Assembly: GCA_016930075.1 (NCBI GenBank)
Contig: JAFGHS010000175.1
Span: 1 to 40,134 of the forward strand
Direction: 5' to 3'
DNA: 40,134 nt
Source: Deltaproteobacteria bacterium
Lineage (GTDB): Bacteria; Desulfobacterota; Syntrophia; Syntrophales; JAFGHS01
Part shown: one piece after another, positions 17,644-26,303 of the stretch
How positions within the stretch are numbered: position 1 is the first letter of the stretch
Layout of the letters: the number at the start of each line of letters is the position of its first letter
The notes under the pieces: model-generated
Told to the model about the DNA's origin: nothing
Databases searched by the model: none
What the model saw: the letters and a program-made list of their open reading frames with translations, nothing else
Translations under genes and position numbers: made by a program

Positions 17644-19437
17644 ATGAAAATAAAAGTCCTCGCTGTCGAAGATGAGATCATCAATCTGAAGCTGCTGAAA
17701 GCCATCTTTGAAGCTGAAGGCTGGGATGTCCTGACGGCTGAAAACGGCAAGGACGCCCTGGAGATTGCGCGGGCTGAACTGCCCGACCTGATCTTGTCCG
17801 ACATCCTCATGCCGGTCATGGACGGCTATGCCTTATGCCGTCAATGCAAATCTGACGAGACGTTGAAGCATATCCCGTTTGTCTTTTACACAGCCACCTA
17901 TACGGAACCGCAGCATGAACAGTTTGCGCTGGATATCGGCGTGGACAGATTTATTCGCAAGCCTTTGGAACCGCATACGCTGGTAGAAATCCTGATGGAT
18001 GTCCTGGGAGAGAAGAAAACGGTCGCCCCCGCTGTCTCGAAACCCCTGGGGGAAGAGATGGAGTTTTTCAGACGTCACAATGAAGTTCTGTTCGGCAAGC
18101 TTGAACAGAAAATGCTGGACCTGGAGGCGGCAAATCAGGAACTCAGGGCATTGGAGGAAAAATATCGCCTCAGTTTTGATCATGTAACGGATATTATCTG
18201 CATGATCGGCACGGATCTCAGGATTTTAAGCATAACCCCGAGCGTGGAGAGGATGCTGGGGTACAAATCACAGGATTTTATCGATAAAATTCTTTCTGAT
18301 TTAGGCCATATCTTTACGCCGGAATCATTAAAACAGGCGATAACCAAAATCAACCTGTTGTTAAAGGGTGAAACCATTGCAATGGCGATTCATGAGTTTA
18401 TCGACCGGGACGGACACGTCAAGATCGGCGAAGTCGGCGGATCTCCCATCATGCGCGACGGAAAAACCACCGGCGCTGTTTTCGTTGTCCGCGATATCAC
18501 GACGCGCAGGCGGGCGGAGGACGCATTGGCGGAGGAGAGGCAGAGGCTTGCCTACATACTCGAGGGCACCAACGTCGGTACATGGGAGTGGAATGTTCAG
18601 ACAGGAGAAATGATATGCAATAACCGTTGGGCGGAGATCATCGGATATACAATGGATGAGCTTGCTCCGGTCTCAATCGATACCTGGGTCAGGTTCATTC
18701 ATCCGGATGACCTCAATATCATGATTGATTTGCTTGATCAGCATTTCAAGAAGAAATTATTGTACTACGAATTGGAAGCGCGCATTCGCCATAAAAGCGG
18801 GGATTGGGTCTGGGTGCTCGATAACGGCAAAGTTGTGTCATGGACGGATGACGGGACACCGCTTATCATGTCCGGCACGCATCAGGACATTACCCGGCGG
18901 AAGCTGGCTGAAGAGCAGATACAGCATATGGCCACCCATGACGGATTGACCGATCTGCCGAGTCTGAGACTGGCCAGAGACCGGCTGTCCATGTCCCTCA
19001 GCATGGCTCGCCGGCAGCGAAACATGACGGCCGTGATGTTTCTCGATCTGGATGAGTTCAAAGCGGTCAATGATACTTTCGGCCATGATGCCGGGGACGA
19101 TGTGCTGAAAGAGGTAGCCAAGCGATTGCTTTCCTGCATTCGTGAAACCGATACGGCCGCTCGCGTCGGAGGAGATGAATTTCTTGTTGTTGCAACCGGA
19201 CTTCATGATGCTGAGAATGCTGTGCAGATAGCGGAGAATATCATCCGTCTTGTGTCCCAGCCGATTGTCATCGACAGCCGGCAAACCGTTGTGACTGCCA
19301 GCCTCGGCATTTCTCTTTTCCCCCAAAACGGCGGCGACGTCGAGGGCCTGATCAAACTGGCAGACGACGCCATGTATGAAGTCAAGAAGTCAACCCGAAA
19401 CGGATACGGCTTTGCCAAAACCGTCCACGCCCCTTAG
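17644..19437 (+). CDS. Response-regulator diguanylate cyclase: REC-PAS-PAS-GGDEF
   Basis: Receiver domain (KVLAVEDEIINLKLL...DLILSDILMPVMDG...K). Two PAS segments. A canonical GGDEF domain with RVGGDEFLVV and a DxLT motif. A GAGAAGGG SD follows the upstream stop by 30 nt. Confidence 0.9.
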   Translation: MKIKVLAVEDEIINLKLLKAIFEAEGWDVLTAENGKDALEIARAELPDLILSDILMPVMDGYALCRQCKSDETLKHIPFVFYTATYTEPQHEQFALDIGVDRFIRKPLEPHTLVEILMDVLGEKKTVAPAVSKPLGEEMEFFRRHNEVLFGKLEQKMLDLEAANQELRALEEKYRLSFDHVTDIICMIGTDLRILSITPSVERMLGYKSQDFIDKILSDLGHIFTPESLKQAITKINLLLKGETIAMAIHEFIDRDGHVKIGEVGGSPIMRDGKTTGAVFVVRDITTRRRAEDALAEERQRLAYILEGTNVGTWEWNVQTGEMICNNRWAEIIGYTMDELAPVSIDTWVRFIHPDDLNIMIDLLDQHFKKKLLYYELEARIRHKSGDWVWVLDNGKVVSWTDDGTPLIMSGTHQDITRRKLAEEQIQHMATHDGLTDLPSLRLARDRLSMSLSMARRQRNMTAVMFLDLDEFKAVNDTFGHDAGDDVLKEVAKRLLSCIRETDTAARVGGDEFLVVATGLHDAENAVQIAENIIRLVSQPIVIDSRQTVVTASLGISLFPQNGGDVEGLIKLADDAMYEVKKSTRNGYGFAKTVHAP

Positions 19438-19472
19438 TTTCACAAATATCCAACATGGGATATTTGTGAAAC
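19437..19472. terminator. Perfect 15-bp inverted repeat with a 6-nt loop between convergent genes; probable bidirectional terminator or protein-binding palindrome
   Basis: GTTTCACAAATATCC-aacatg-GGATATTTGTGAAAC sits exactly between the GGDEF gene stop (TAG at 19435-19437) and the VIT-vWA gene stop (19497). There is no flanking U-tract. Confidence 0.45.
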
Positions 19473-19496
19473 TAAGGACAAACCCCGATAGAACGG

Positions 19497-21842
19497 CTAC
19501 GATATCGTCATCGATACGGTTGCCGCAGCCTCATTTCCGCCGACCGTTGCCGGGAAGCGCCACTTTCTAACCTGATCCATCAAGCACGTATGGTATTTTG
19601 CATCCCTGATCTTGCCGGATATGATCTCCACATTTTTGACCGTACCGTCCGGGTTGATGGTCAGAGTGATTTTTATTATTCCTTGATAATTTAAACCCGA
19701 CAAGCACTTTTCTATATTACTGATCTCAACTTCCGCTACTTTGATAATGTCTTCCTTCGTTAAGCCTTTTTCAACCGTAGCGCTGATAATACTCACCTTT
19801 CTTGTTTTATCCTTTTTCTCGTGAGAAGAAGACTTAACTTCTTGCACGGCATCTGCCTCAGAAAGACAATTTTCCGTTTTTACCCTCATGCTGCCGATCA
19901 TGCTTTTTTGTACGGCCGGAGCCGCAGCGTAGTTTCCGCGGCCGCCGACCGCATAATCCGAAACACCTTCGGGCAGCGGCAGGGGCTTCTTGACGGTTGT
20001 CCATTTCCCGTTCACGTTGCGCACTTCATTATCCACGGCCACAAAGGATGTGTATGCGGTCAGAAGATTATAGCCGAGGCCCAGTTCGGTAATTTCCTTT
20101 ACCCGCTTGCTGTCGTTGCGGAGGTTGTTGTAATCGGATAATAACATGATGCGATGGCGCGCCCAGAGATATTTCAGTGCCGTATTGTCTGGGGATGCCC
20201 GATAATTTTCCACCTTAATCGCTTCTGAATACTTACCCTCGCCGGAAATGCCGCACAACGTAATCGTTCCTTTGGGATTGCCGCGCCATTTGCCGAAAAC
20301 GAGGACCGGACGTTCGGCCAATACATCAGGAATTGCCACCGGCTCTACATCATAGACATCAAACCCGTTGAAACGGACCTTCGCCTGCGTTAAGACCGGC
20401 GACTGGATCATTTTGCGGAAACGTTCCGCCTCGGCCTGCGCCGTATCCGGTTTTGTGATGATAAAGGGCTCGCCCATGCCGACGTGCGCCATGCCTTCGA
20501 TAAGGTGGCGGTTGACGCTGGAGCCGATGCCGAAGGCAAACATATTGGCTTTGTTTAAGTTATTACGGATCAGGTCAAATGCTTCTTCCTCGACGCTGAC
20601 ATAGCCGTCGGTGACAATGACAACGGTCCGGGAAAAATCATCGTCCTTCTTAAGCGATAGGGCGCGCTTGAGCGCAGGCAGCAGTTCCGTGCCGCCGCCG
20701 CCCTGCTGGCGTTCAATGGTATTGATGGCCCTCTGAATGTTTTCCCTGGTTGCAGGCAGTGATTCCTCCGCCATCAAAGAAGAGGCGCCGGAAAAAAGCA
20801 GAACATTGAATTTGTCCGTCTTACGGAGATTGCCGATCAGATTGGTCAGGAGCTTTTTGGAAATTTCCAGAGGAAAGCCATGCATCGAACCGGAAACATC
20901 CACAATAAAGATATACTCACGCCCCGGAATATGGCCGCTTACGACTCTTCTCGGCGGCTGCATCATGAGGGCAAAGAAGTTTTCCTTTTCACCCCGCAAA
21001 AGCAACAGACCGGTCTGAATTTTATGGCCGTCGAGACGGTAGCGCAGACTGTAATCGCGATTGCCGCTGCGGGATTCGGTTTTATCCAAAGACACCTTTG
21101 CCTGTGATGCGTTCTCATAGACCGTCTTCACTTTATGTGATGAACAGGTTAAATCTTTAATGGGCATTCCGGCGTTAATGGCCACGGAAATATTGAAGGT
21201 GGTCGTGGATAATTCACCCTGGCGCAGATAAGGATTTTCCACCCAATGCCCGGAAGGCGAAGCGTTTGACGCCTTTTGATTGGAATAGCGTGGTCCTACG
21301 ACGGTGGGGTAAACAAATTCATAGACCCGATCTGTGGGAACAAGCAGTTCCGTATATTTGAGTTCAACCTTGATTTCATCGCCCGGCATGATGTTGGCGA
21401 CATTCATCTGAAAGACATTGGGGCGCTGCTGCTCCAGTAGGGAAGCGTTCTTCCCCGCATCCCGGGCCTGCTCATAATCGCGCCGCGCCTCATCACGCTT
21501 TTTGATTTTCGCCTCAATTACCCTCTTGCCGATCGTCATTTTCATGCCGTAAACGGCGGCGCGGGTGGATGCCGGGAAAACATAAATGGCTTCCATCGGC
21601 TTTTCCCCTGCATTTTTATAGACCTGTGTGACAATCACGTCCGCGATGACGCCGGAAATATTGACGGAAGCGTGAGTGGATTTCAAGGGCAGCCGATCCG
21701 CCGCCGGATTGTCGCTGTTGACAAAGAAATAGGGGGATAAAGTCCGGTCCTCGGATATCTGCTGCTGACTGAAAGCCTGCGCGCAGCAACTAACGGATAC
21801 GAATGCCAAAACGACAGTTAACCAACATTTAACCTTTTTCAT
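19497..21842 (-). CDS. Secreted VIT (vault inter-alpha-trypsin) + von Willebrand factor A protein with a C-terminal TonB_C-like domain
   Basis: Signal peptide MKKVKCWLTVVLAFVSVSCCAQA. VIT region (SVNISGVIADVIVTQVYKN...). vWA MIDAS motif DVSGSM plus downstream T and D residues. The C-terminal ~90 aa (GIIKITLTINPDGTVKNVEIISG...LMDQVRKWRFPATVGG..ATVSMTIS) resemble the TonB C-terminal domain. I place the start at 21840-21842 with a GGAGG SD 7 nt upstream, not at 21878. Confidence 0.85.
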   Translation of the reverse strand: MKKVKCWLTVVLAFVSVSCCAQAFSQQQISEDRTLSPYFFVNSDNPAADRLPLKSTHASVNISGVIADVIVTQVYKNAGEKPMEAIYVFPASTRAAVYGMKMTIGKRVIEAKIKKRDEARRDYEQARDAGKNASLLEQQRPNVFQMNVANIMPGDEIKVELKYTELLVPTDRVYEFVYPTVVGPRYSNQKASNASPSGHWVENPYLRQGELSTTTFNISVAINAGMPIKDLTCSSHKVKTVYENASQAKVSLDKTESRSGNRDYSLRYRLDGHKIQTGLLLLRGEKENFFALMMQPPRRVVSGHIPGREYIFIVDVSGSMHGFPLEISKKLLTNLIGNLRKTDKFNVLLFSGASSLMAEESLPATRENIQRAINTIERQQGGGGTELLPALKRALSLKKDDDFSRTVVIVTDGYVSVEEEAFDLIRNNLNKANMFAFGIGSSVNRHLIEGMAHVGMGEPFIITKPDTAQAEAERFRKMIQSPVLTQAKVRFNGFDVYDVEPVAIPDVLAERPVLVFGKWRGNPKGTITLCGISGEGKYSEAIKVENYRASPDNTALKYLWARHRIMLLSDYNNLRNDSKRVKEITELGLGYNLLTAYTSFVAVDNEVRNVNGKWTTVKKPLPLPEGVSDYAVGGRGNYAAAPAVQKSMIGSMRVKTENCLSEADAVQEVKSSSHEKKDKTRKVSIISATVEKGLTKEDIIKVAEVEISNIEKCLSGLNYQGIIKITLTINPDGTVKNVEIISGKIRDAKYHTCLMDQVRKWRFPATVGGNEAAATVSMTIS

Positions 21843-21996
21843 ACATAACCTCCTCTGTAAGATATTTCGTATTATCAAAATGTTCGGCCTTTTTTTTCGA
21901 TTTCAGACTATTAGACAAAGGAGGCCGCAAAAAAGTTCCCGGTTTTTTTTAAGCCCCGTTTTCCTGCTTTTTCTCCATATCTTTCTTCTTTCTTCC

Positions 21997-22025
21997 TTGA
22001 CTTAAAACATCCGGCGGCCTATATT
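21997..22025 (+). promoter_or_regulatory. Sigma70-type promoter candidate for ssrA (TTGACT-17-TATATT)
   Basis: TTGACT at 21997-22002, a 17-nt spacer, then TATATT at 22020-22025. It lies ~40 nt upstream of the mature tmRNA 5' end. Confidence 0.45.
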
Positions 22026-22065
22026 ACGACCCAATGCGGCGATCTTTTATCATTCTCCAAAATAT

Positions 22066-22420
22066 GGGGGCGTCACGGTTTCGACGGGGATAATTGAAGC
22101 TGTAGCAGCGTACCGAGGTTCCTGCCGGCCTCGTTAAAAAGGCGGGAAACATATAATCGCAGACAAATACGATTACGCTTTAGCCGCTTAAGACGGCTAA
22201 CGTCCTCCTGGTTTTTTCTGCCGGGTCAGATGAGGGCGTCATTTAGACAGAATAGCTGATCTCTCCTGCCTGGCGGGGGAAAGGCGAATTCTTACAGGCT
22301 AGCGACGGATCAATCCCGCCTCCGGGAGTTTTCCGCTGCGAATTCAAATCGGAGGATACGTACGTAGAAACTGCAGTGGAAGATTTTCGGACGCGGGTTC
22401 GACTCCCGCCGCCTCCACCA
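22066..22420 (+). ncRNA. ssrA: tmRNA (SsrA), standard one-piece
   Basis: 5' GGGGGCGUCACGGUUUCGACGGGG and 3' GGACGCGGGUUCGACUCCCGCCGCCUCCACCA form the tRNA-like acceptor and T-arm. The internal tag reading frame GCA GAC AAA TAC GAT TAC GCT TTA GCC GCT TAA gives (A)ADKYDYALAA-stop. Confidence 0.9.
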
Positions 22421-22554
22421 AGAAGACAAACCACGAGAGTCAGGAGAGGGACAAAGCCTGAATTAGCCATGATGACTGGTAATTGACAAAAGTTTATGGC
22501 CGGTGTTATCGCTTCGGCAGTTAAACAAAACCTTTAAAGAAGAGGGGGTTCAGC

Positions 22555-23355
22555 ATGATACGGATTCTAAAGCTCCTGAGTGTATCAGGATTGTTGGCGT
22601 GTGTGATATTGCTAGGCGGTTGCAGCGGTGGCGGTGACGACGGCGGTTCGGGAGCGCCCCCTGCCGCGGAAGAACCTGTTGTGAATGTTGATGTGCAGGC
22701 AGCCAATGCTGCGCAGAATAATCCATATAATGCGTCAAATGCCAAGGTCGTGTTTGCCGTTCATCCGATCAGCACGTTTACGTATAATGTGTCCAACTTT
22801 GCCGCCGGCGACAGGATCATCTTTGATGACGGTGCTGCGGTAAATCTGATCAATACCAACGGGACGGACGGCATTATCGATATTGTCGGGACGTTGAACG
22901 GACAGGTCGCGACGATTCATCTGACCGGCATTGCCGCCGCATCGGACAGCGCGGTCAGCAGCATCGCAAGCTTTAATATCACTTTCGGTCCCGGTTCTTT
23001 GGTCTGGGCAAGCGGAGACATTGGTTCGCCTCTTGCGGTCCAAGTCTCGGCGGCCAATACGCAGCCCTATAATGCATCAGCAGGGATATTTGTGTTTAAC
23101 GTCCACCCAACCAGCACTTTTACATACAACATAGGAGGCTTTGCCGCCGGCGACAGGCTGGTTTTTGACAGCGGAACCGCCATAGGTTTGACCAATGCAA
23201 GCGGGACGGACGGCATTCTCGATGTCATCGGCACATTGAGCGGTCAGGCCGCAACGATACGCCTGACGGGTCTCGATCCCGCATCCGATGCCGCGATCTT
23301 CGGCGTCAACAGCTTCAACAGCGTATTTGGTCCGAGTTCTCTGGTTACGCAGTAA
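22555..23355 (+). CDS. Lipoprotein of unknown function built from two tandem ~110-aa repeats
   Basis: Lipobox LLGGC. A G/D-rich linker. Two homologous halves: NPYNASNAKVVFAVHPISTFTYNVSNFAAGDRIIFDDGAAVNLINTNGTDGIIDIVGTLNGQVATIHLTGI and QPYNASAGIFVFNVHPTSTFTYNIGGFAAGDRLVFDSGTAIGLTNASGTDGILDVIGTLSGQAATIRLTGL. GAGGGGG SD. Confidence 0.75.
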   Translation: MIRILKLLSVSGLLACVILLGGCSGGGDDGGSGAPPAAEEPVVNVDVQAANAAQNNPYNASNAKVVFAVHPISTFTYNVSNFAAGDRIIFDDGAAVNLINTNGTDGIIDIVGTLNGQVATIHLTGIAAASDSAVSSIASFNITFGPGSLVWASGDIGSPLAVQVSAANTQPYNASAGIFVFNVHPTSTFTYNIGGFAAGDRLVFDSGTAIGLTNASGTDGILDVIGTLSGQAATIRLTGLDPASDAAIFGVNSFNSVFGPSSLVTQ

Positions 23356-23598
23356 AAAGATTGAGTCAAATGTTGAATGGGAGAATCAGCCGCCTATAAA
23401 AGACGGCCGTTGATTCTCCCATGACGAGACCTTTGAGAAACGCCCCTTTTGTCATGGCGGGCGAAGCGAAGCAGTTTCATAAGCATCCGATAATATAAGA
23501 GATTGCCGCGGCGCTCCGCACCCCGCAATGACAGGAAAATACGGAAATTCAAAACTCCGGTAACGGAGGACGTCTCAAAATAAATCAACTCTCCAAAT

Positions 23599-24390
23599 CT
23601 ATTTCAACGGAATGCGCGAAATGTGACCGTCTTTTGTGCGAATCGTTACGGCGTCGTCATCCATACGTAAAATCTGCCCCTCAATGACGTCTCCGTTCGG
23701 CATGACAATCGAACTGACGGCTTTATAACGTGGATCTGCGGCAATTTCAGGCTCGGCCTTTTTATCCGGTTCGGGGATGGATTTGTCGCGGCCCACGGCG
23801 GATTCGGCTTTTTCGGGGGGCTTTAGAACGGCAGGTCCGGGTTTTTCTGCACGTTTTGCCGTCGATCCTTCAGAGCGCGTTGTTTTCGGAACGCCTTCGT
23901 TCCAGTCAACGCCTTCAGCGATCAAAATACGCTGCGCCTCTTTAAGGCCGAGTCTTGCTGCAGCTTTCATATCTTCGAGCGCCTGTTTGTCGTTTCCCAA
24001 TTCGTTATAGGCGCTGCCGCGGACGGCATAAATCCTTGCGTCATCAGGGTTCAGTTCTATAGCCTTGCTGTAATCGGCAATGGCCTGTTTAAAATTGACA
24101 AGGATATAATAAGCGGCGCCCCGGTAAAAATAGGCATCTGGAGATTGCGGATTAAGTTCGACGGCTTTATTAAAATCTGCAATGGCGAGATTATAGTTCC
24201 CCTGTTTGCCGTAGACGATTCCACGTTTTATATAAGACGCCGCATCATCCGGATGCTCCTTGATGGCCTTGCTGTATGCGGCAACGGCATCGGCATCCCC
24301 GGCGGTTTTTGTTTCGGCGGATGCAGAGCCGCAAATATATGCGGCAAGCAGATAAGCAATCAGAATGATTCTGATGAAGGCGGATTTCAT
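23599..24390 (-). CDS. Secreted TPR-repeat protein with a Lys/Pro/Glu-rich linker and a small C-terminal beta domain
   Basis: Signal peptide MKSAFIRIILIAYLLAAYICGSASA. At least 3 TPR units (AASYIKRGIVYGKQGNYNLAIADFNKAVELNP...). I prefer the ATG at 24388-24390 with a GAGG SD over the TTG at 24405. Confidence 0.8.
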   Translation of the reverse strand: MKSAFIRIILIAYLLAAYICGSASAETKTAGDADAVAAYSKAIKEHPDDAASYIKRGIVYGKQGNYNLAIADFNKAVELNPQSPDAYFYRGAAYYILVNFKQAIADYSKAIELNPDDARIYAVRGSAYNELGNDKQALEDMKAAARLGLKEAQRILIAEGVDWNEGVPKTTRSEGSTAKRAEKPGPAVLKPPEKAESAVGRDKSIPEPDKKAEPEIAADPRYKAVSSIVMPNGDVIEGQILRMDDDAVTIRTKDGHISRIPLK

Positions 24391-24460
24391 GACGGTTAGC
24401 CTCAAAGATAAACAAATGCATCCTTATTTGCCGGTTTGAGAAAATAACGGCAGGGATTGA

Positions 24461-25369
24461 TTATTGATTCCATATGTCTCGAACGATCCTCCAGGCGCCG
24501 TCGGGCTGCTTTCTGAGAATCATGAGATAATGACCGGAGATGTTTCTATTTTGCCCGCCCCCTGAGGGTTTGTCAACCCGGCTCCAGTCGCCGCTCAGAA
24601 AGGCCCAGTTGCCGAGCAGTTGTATGTTGCCGGTCTTAAGTTCAAAGGTTGAACTGACATGGGAGAAGAATTTTTCGTAACGCGCCTTTATGCTGTTTCG
24701 GCCGACGACGGACGGTTCTCCCGGCGGCATCCAGACGGCGTCGTACATCAGGAGACCTGCTATCCCTGAAGCACTGCTTTCATTGTATGCGGCGTTAAAA
24801 CCCAATCTTACCTTGTCGATGGCCGCCTTTTCCCGGTCTGCGGCTTGCGGGCTTCCGGCGGTGGTGGTGTCGTGGAGGCGCTGGGCCTCGATTCCGGCGA
24901 TTTCGCGCATAAGGATGAATCCGAGACGCGGCCGTTTATCCATGATTTTGGCGAGTGTCGCATTGTTGAGCTCGATGATGTCGGTTTCCCGGAGAATAAT
25001 GACATCGACGAACAGCGGGCGATTCCTCAGAAATTCCGTTTCACCGATCAGGAACTGTCCCGAGAGGGTTGTAACGGGTTTACCGTCCGTCAAAACATCG
25101 GCGCTGCCGTCGAGTACGATAAACATTTTATCGATAACGTCGCCCTGCTTCGTCAGATACTCTCCGGATTTCATGCGGCGCAGCGAGGCCGCCGGCTTCA
25201 GCATGTTCCTGTCCGCATCGGTCAGTCCCGGGAAAATTTTTACTTGAGAAAGAGCCCTCGACAGCGCCAAATCACCGGTTTTACCTTCCACAGAGATGCA
25301 GCATGCCAGTATACCGAATACCGCTGCCGTAAATACCGACCAAAATCGGGTTTCCTTTTTAAAATACAT
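24461..25369 (-). CDS. Exported or membrane-anchored protein: cyclic-nucleotide-binding-like domain fused to a SnoaL/NTF2-like (DUF4440-type) domain
   Basis: N-terminal positive n-region (MYFKKETR) followed by a hydrophobic segment. cNMP-binding-like beta-roll (GEYLTKQGDVIDKMFIVLDGSADV...GETEF). C-terminal NTF2-like region (AIDKVRLGFNAAYNE...YDAVWMPPG...WRIVRDIWNQ). Start at 25367-25369 with an AGGAG SD. A TTGACA-17-TAATAT promoter candidate lies at ~25455-25488 on the minus strand. Confidence 0.75.
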   Translation of the reverse strand: MYFKKETRFWSVFTAAVFGILACCISVEGKTGDLALSRALSQVKIFPGLTDADRNMLKPAASLRRMKSGEYLTKQGDVIDKMFIVLDGSADVLTDGKPVTTLSGQFLIGETEFLRNRPLFVDVIILRETDIIELNNATLAKIMDKRPRLGFILMREIAGIEAQRLHDTTTAGSPQAADREKAAIDKVRLGFNAAYNESSASGIAGLLMYDAVWMPPGEPSVVGRNSIKARYEKFFSHVSSTFELKTGNIQLLGNWAFLSGDWSRVDKPSGGGQNRNISGHYLMILRKQPDGAWRIVRDIWNQ

Positions 25370-25604
25370 AGCATGTATCTCCTTTCGCACAATCAGTGAA
25401 GCGGACAAACAAATTCACGGATACTTATTGGAATAACATCACTTTCTTTACCGTTTAATGAATATTAGGAGAAGCGTCATTTTGTGTCAATAACAAAATG
25501 GCCCGGATGATGTCATGCATCTGGCGGGCGACAGAGAAGATACGTTATGGAAATCCGTTGATGCAATCAGGTGTGTTGCGCAGCCATCATGCCGGGGAAA
25601 CCTG

Positions 25605-26303
25605 TCAGGGATGACGTTTGAACAGGTCTCCCCAGTTGCCGCAGATGGTTTCGTGTCGCAGGGACTCTTCAAGCAGCGCCGAAAAACGATGTCGGGGTAT
25701 ATGCCGGGCGCCGAGGCTTTTGAGGTGCGCCGTATAGACTTGGCAGTCGATCAAATCAAAATTCAGTTCCTTTAAACGATTGACCAGGGTGATGAAGGCC
25801 GTCTTCGATGCGTTGCTCACTGCTGCAAACATGGATTCGCCGAAGAAGCATCTGCCGAGAGAAACGCCGTAAAGGCCGCCGGCGAGTTTATCTTCATGCC
25901 AGGCCTCCACGGAGTGGGCATATCCCATGTCATGCAATTTTATGTACGCTTCCCGCATATCTTCCGTTATCCATGTTTCCCTTTCCTTGCGGCGGGGCTT
26001 CTGGCAGGATGCGATGACGTCGGCAAAGTTCCGGTCGCAGGTGATATGGAAAACATTTCTTTTCAAGACGGGTTTCATCGTTTTGGCGATATTGAGTTCA
26101 TCCGGAAAAAGGACGAACCGGGGATCCGGCGACCACCAGATGATCGGTTCGTCTGCGGAATACCACGGGAATATGCCGTTTCGATAAGCCGCAAGGATTC
26201 TTTGCGGCGAAAGATCGCCTCCCACCGCAAGGATTCCGGTTCTTGAAGCAAGTTCGACGGGCGGAAAAATGTGATCGTCGTCAGGGAGTCGGTAAATCAG
26301 CAT
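25605..26303 (-). CDS. aat: Leucyl/phenylalanyl-tRNA--protein transferase
   Basis: GIFPWY, WWSPDPR, GGLYGVSLGRCFFGESMF motifs. It overlaps the clpA 3' end by 23 nt and belongs to the clpS-clpA-aat operon. Confidence 0.9.
   Translation of the reverse strand: MLIYRLPDDDHIFPPVELASRTGILAVGGDLSPQRILAAYRNGIFPWYSADEPIIWWSPDPRFVLFPDELNIAKTMKPVLKRNVFHITCDRNFADVIASCQKPRRKERETWITEDMREAYIKLHDMGYAHSVEAWHEDKLAGGLYGVSLGRCFFGESMFAAVSNASKTAFITLVNRLKELNFDLIDCQVYTAHLKSLGARHIPRHRFSALLEESLRHETICGNWGDLFKRHP

Noticed and set aside
22421-22554. Possible genomic-island attachment at the tmRNA 3' end
   Set aside because: I searched the downstream sequence for a direct repeat of the tmRNA 3'-terminal ~20 nt (TTCGACTCCCGCCGCCTCCACCA) and found none. 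No integrase is in the window.
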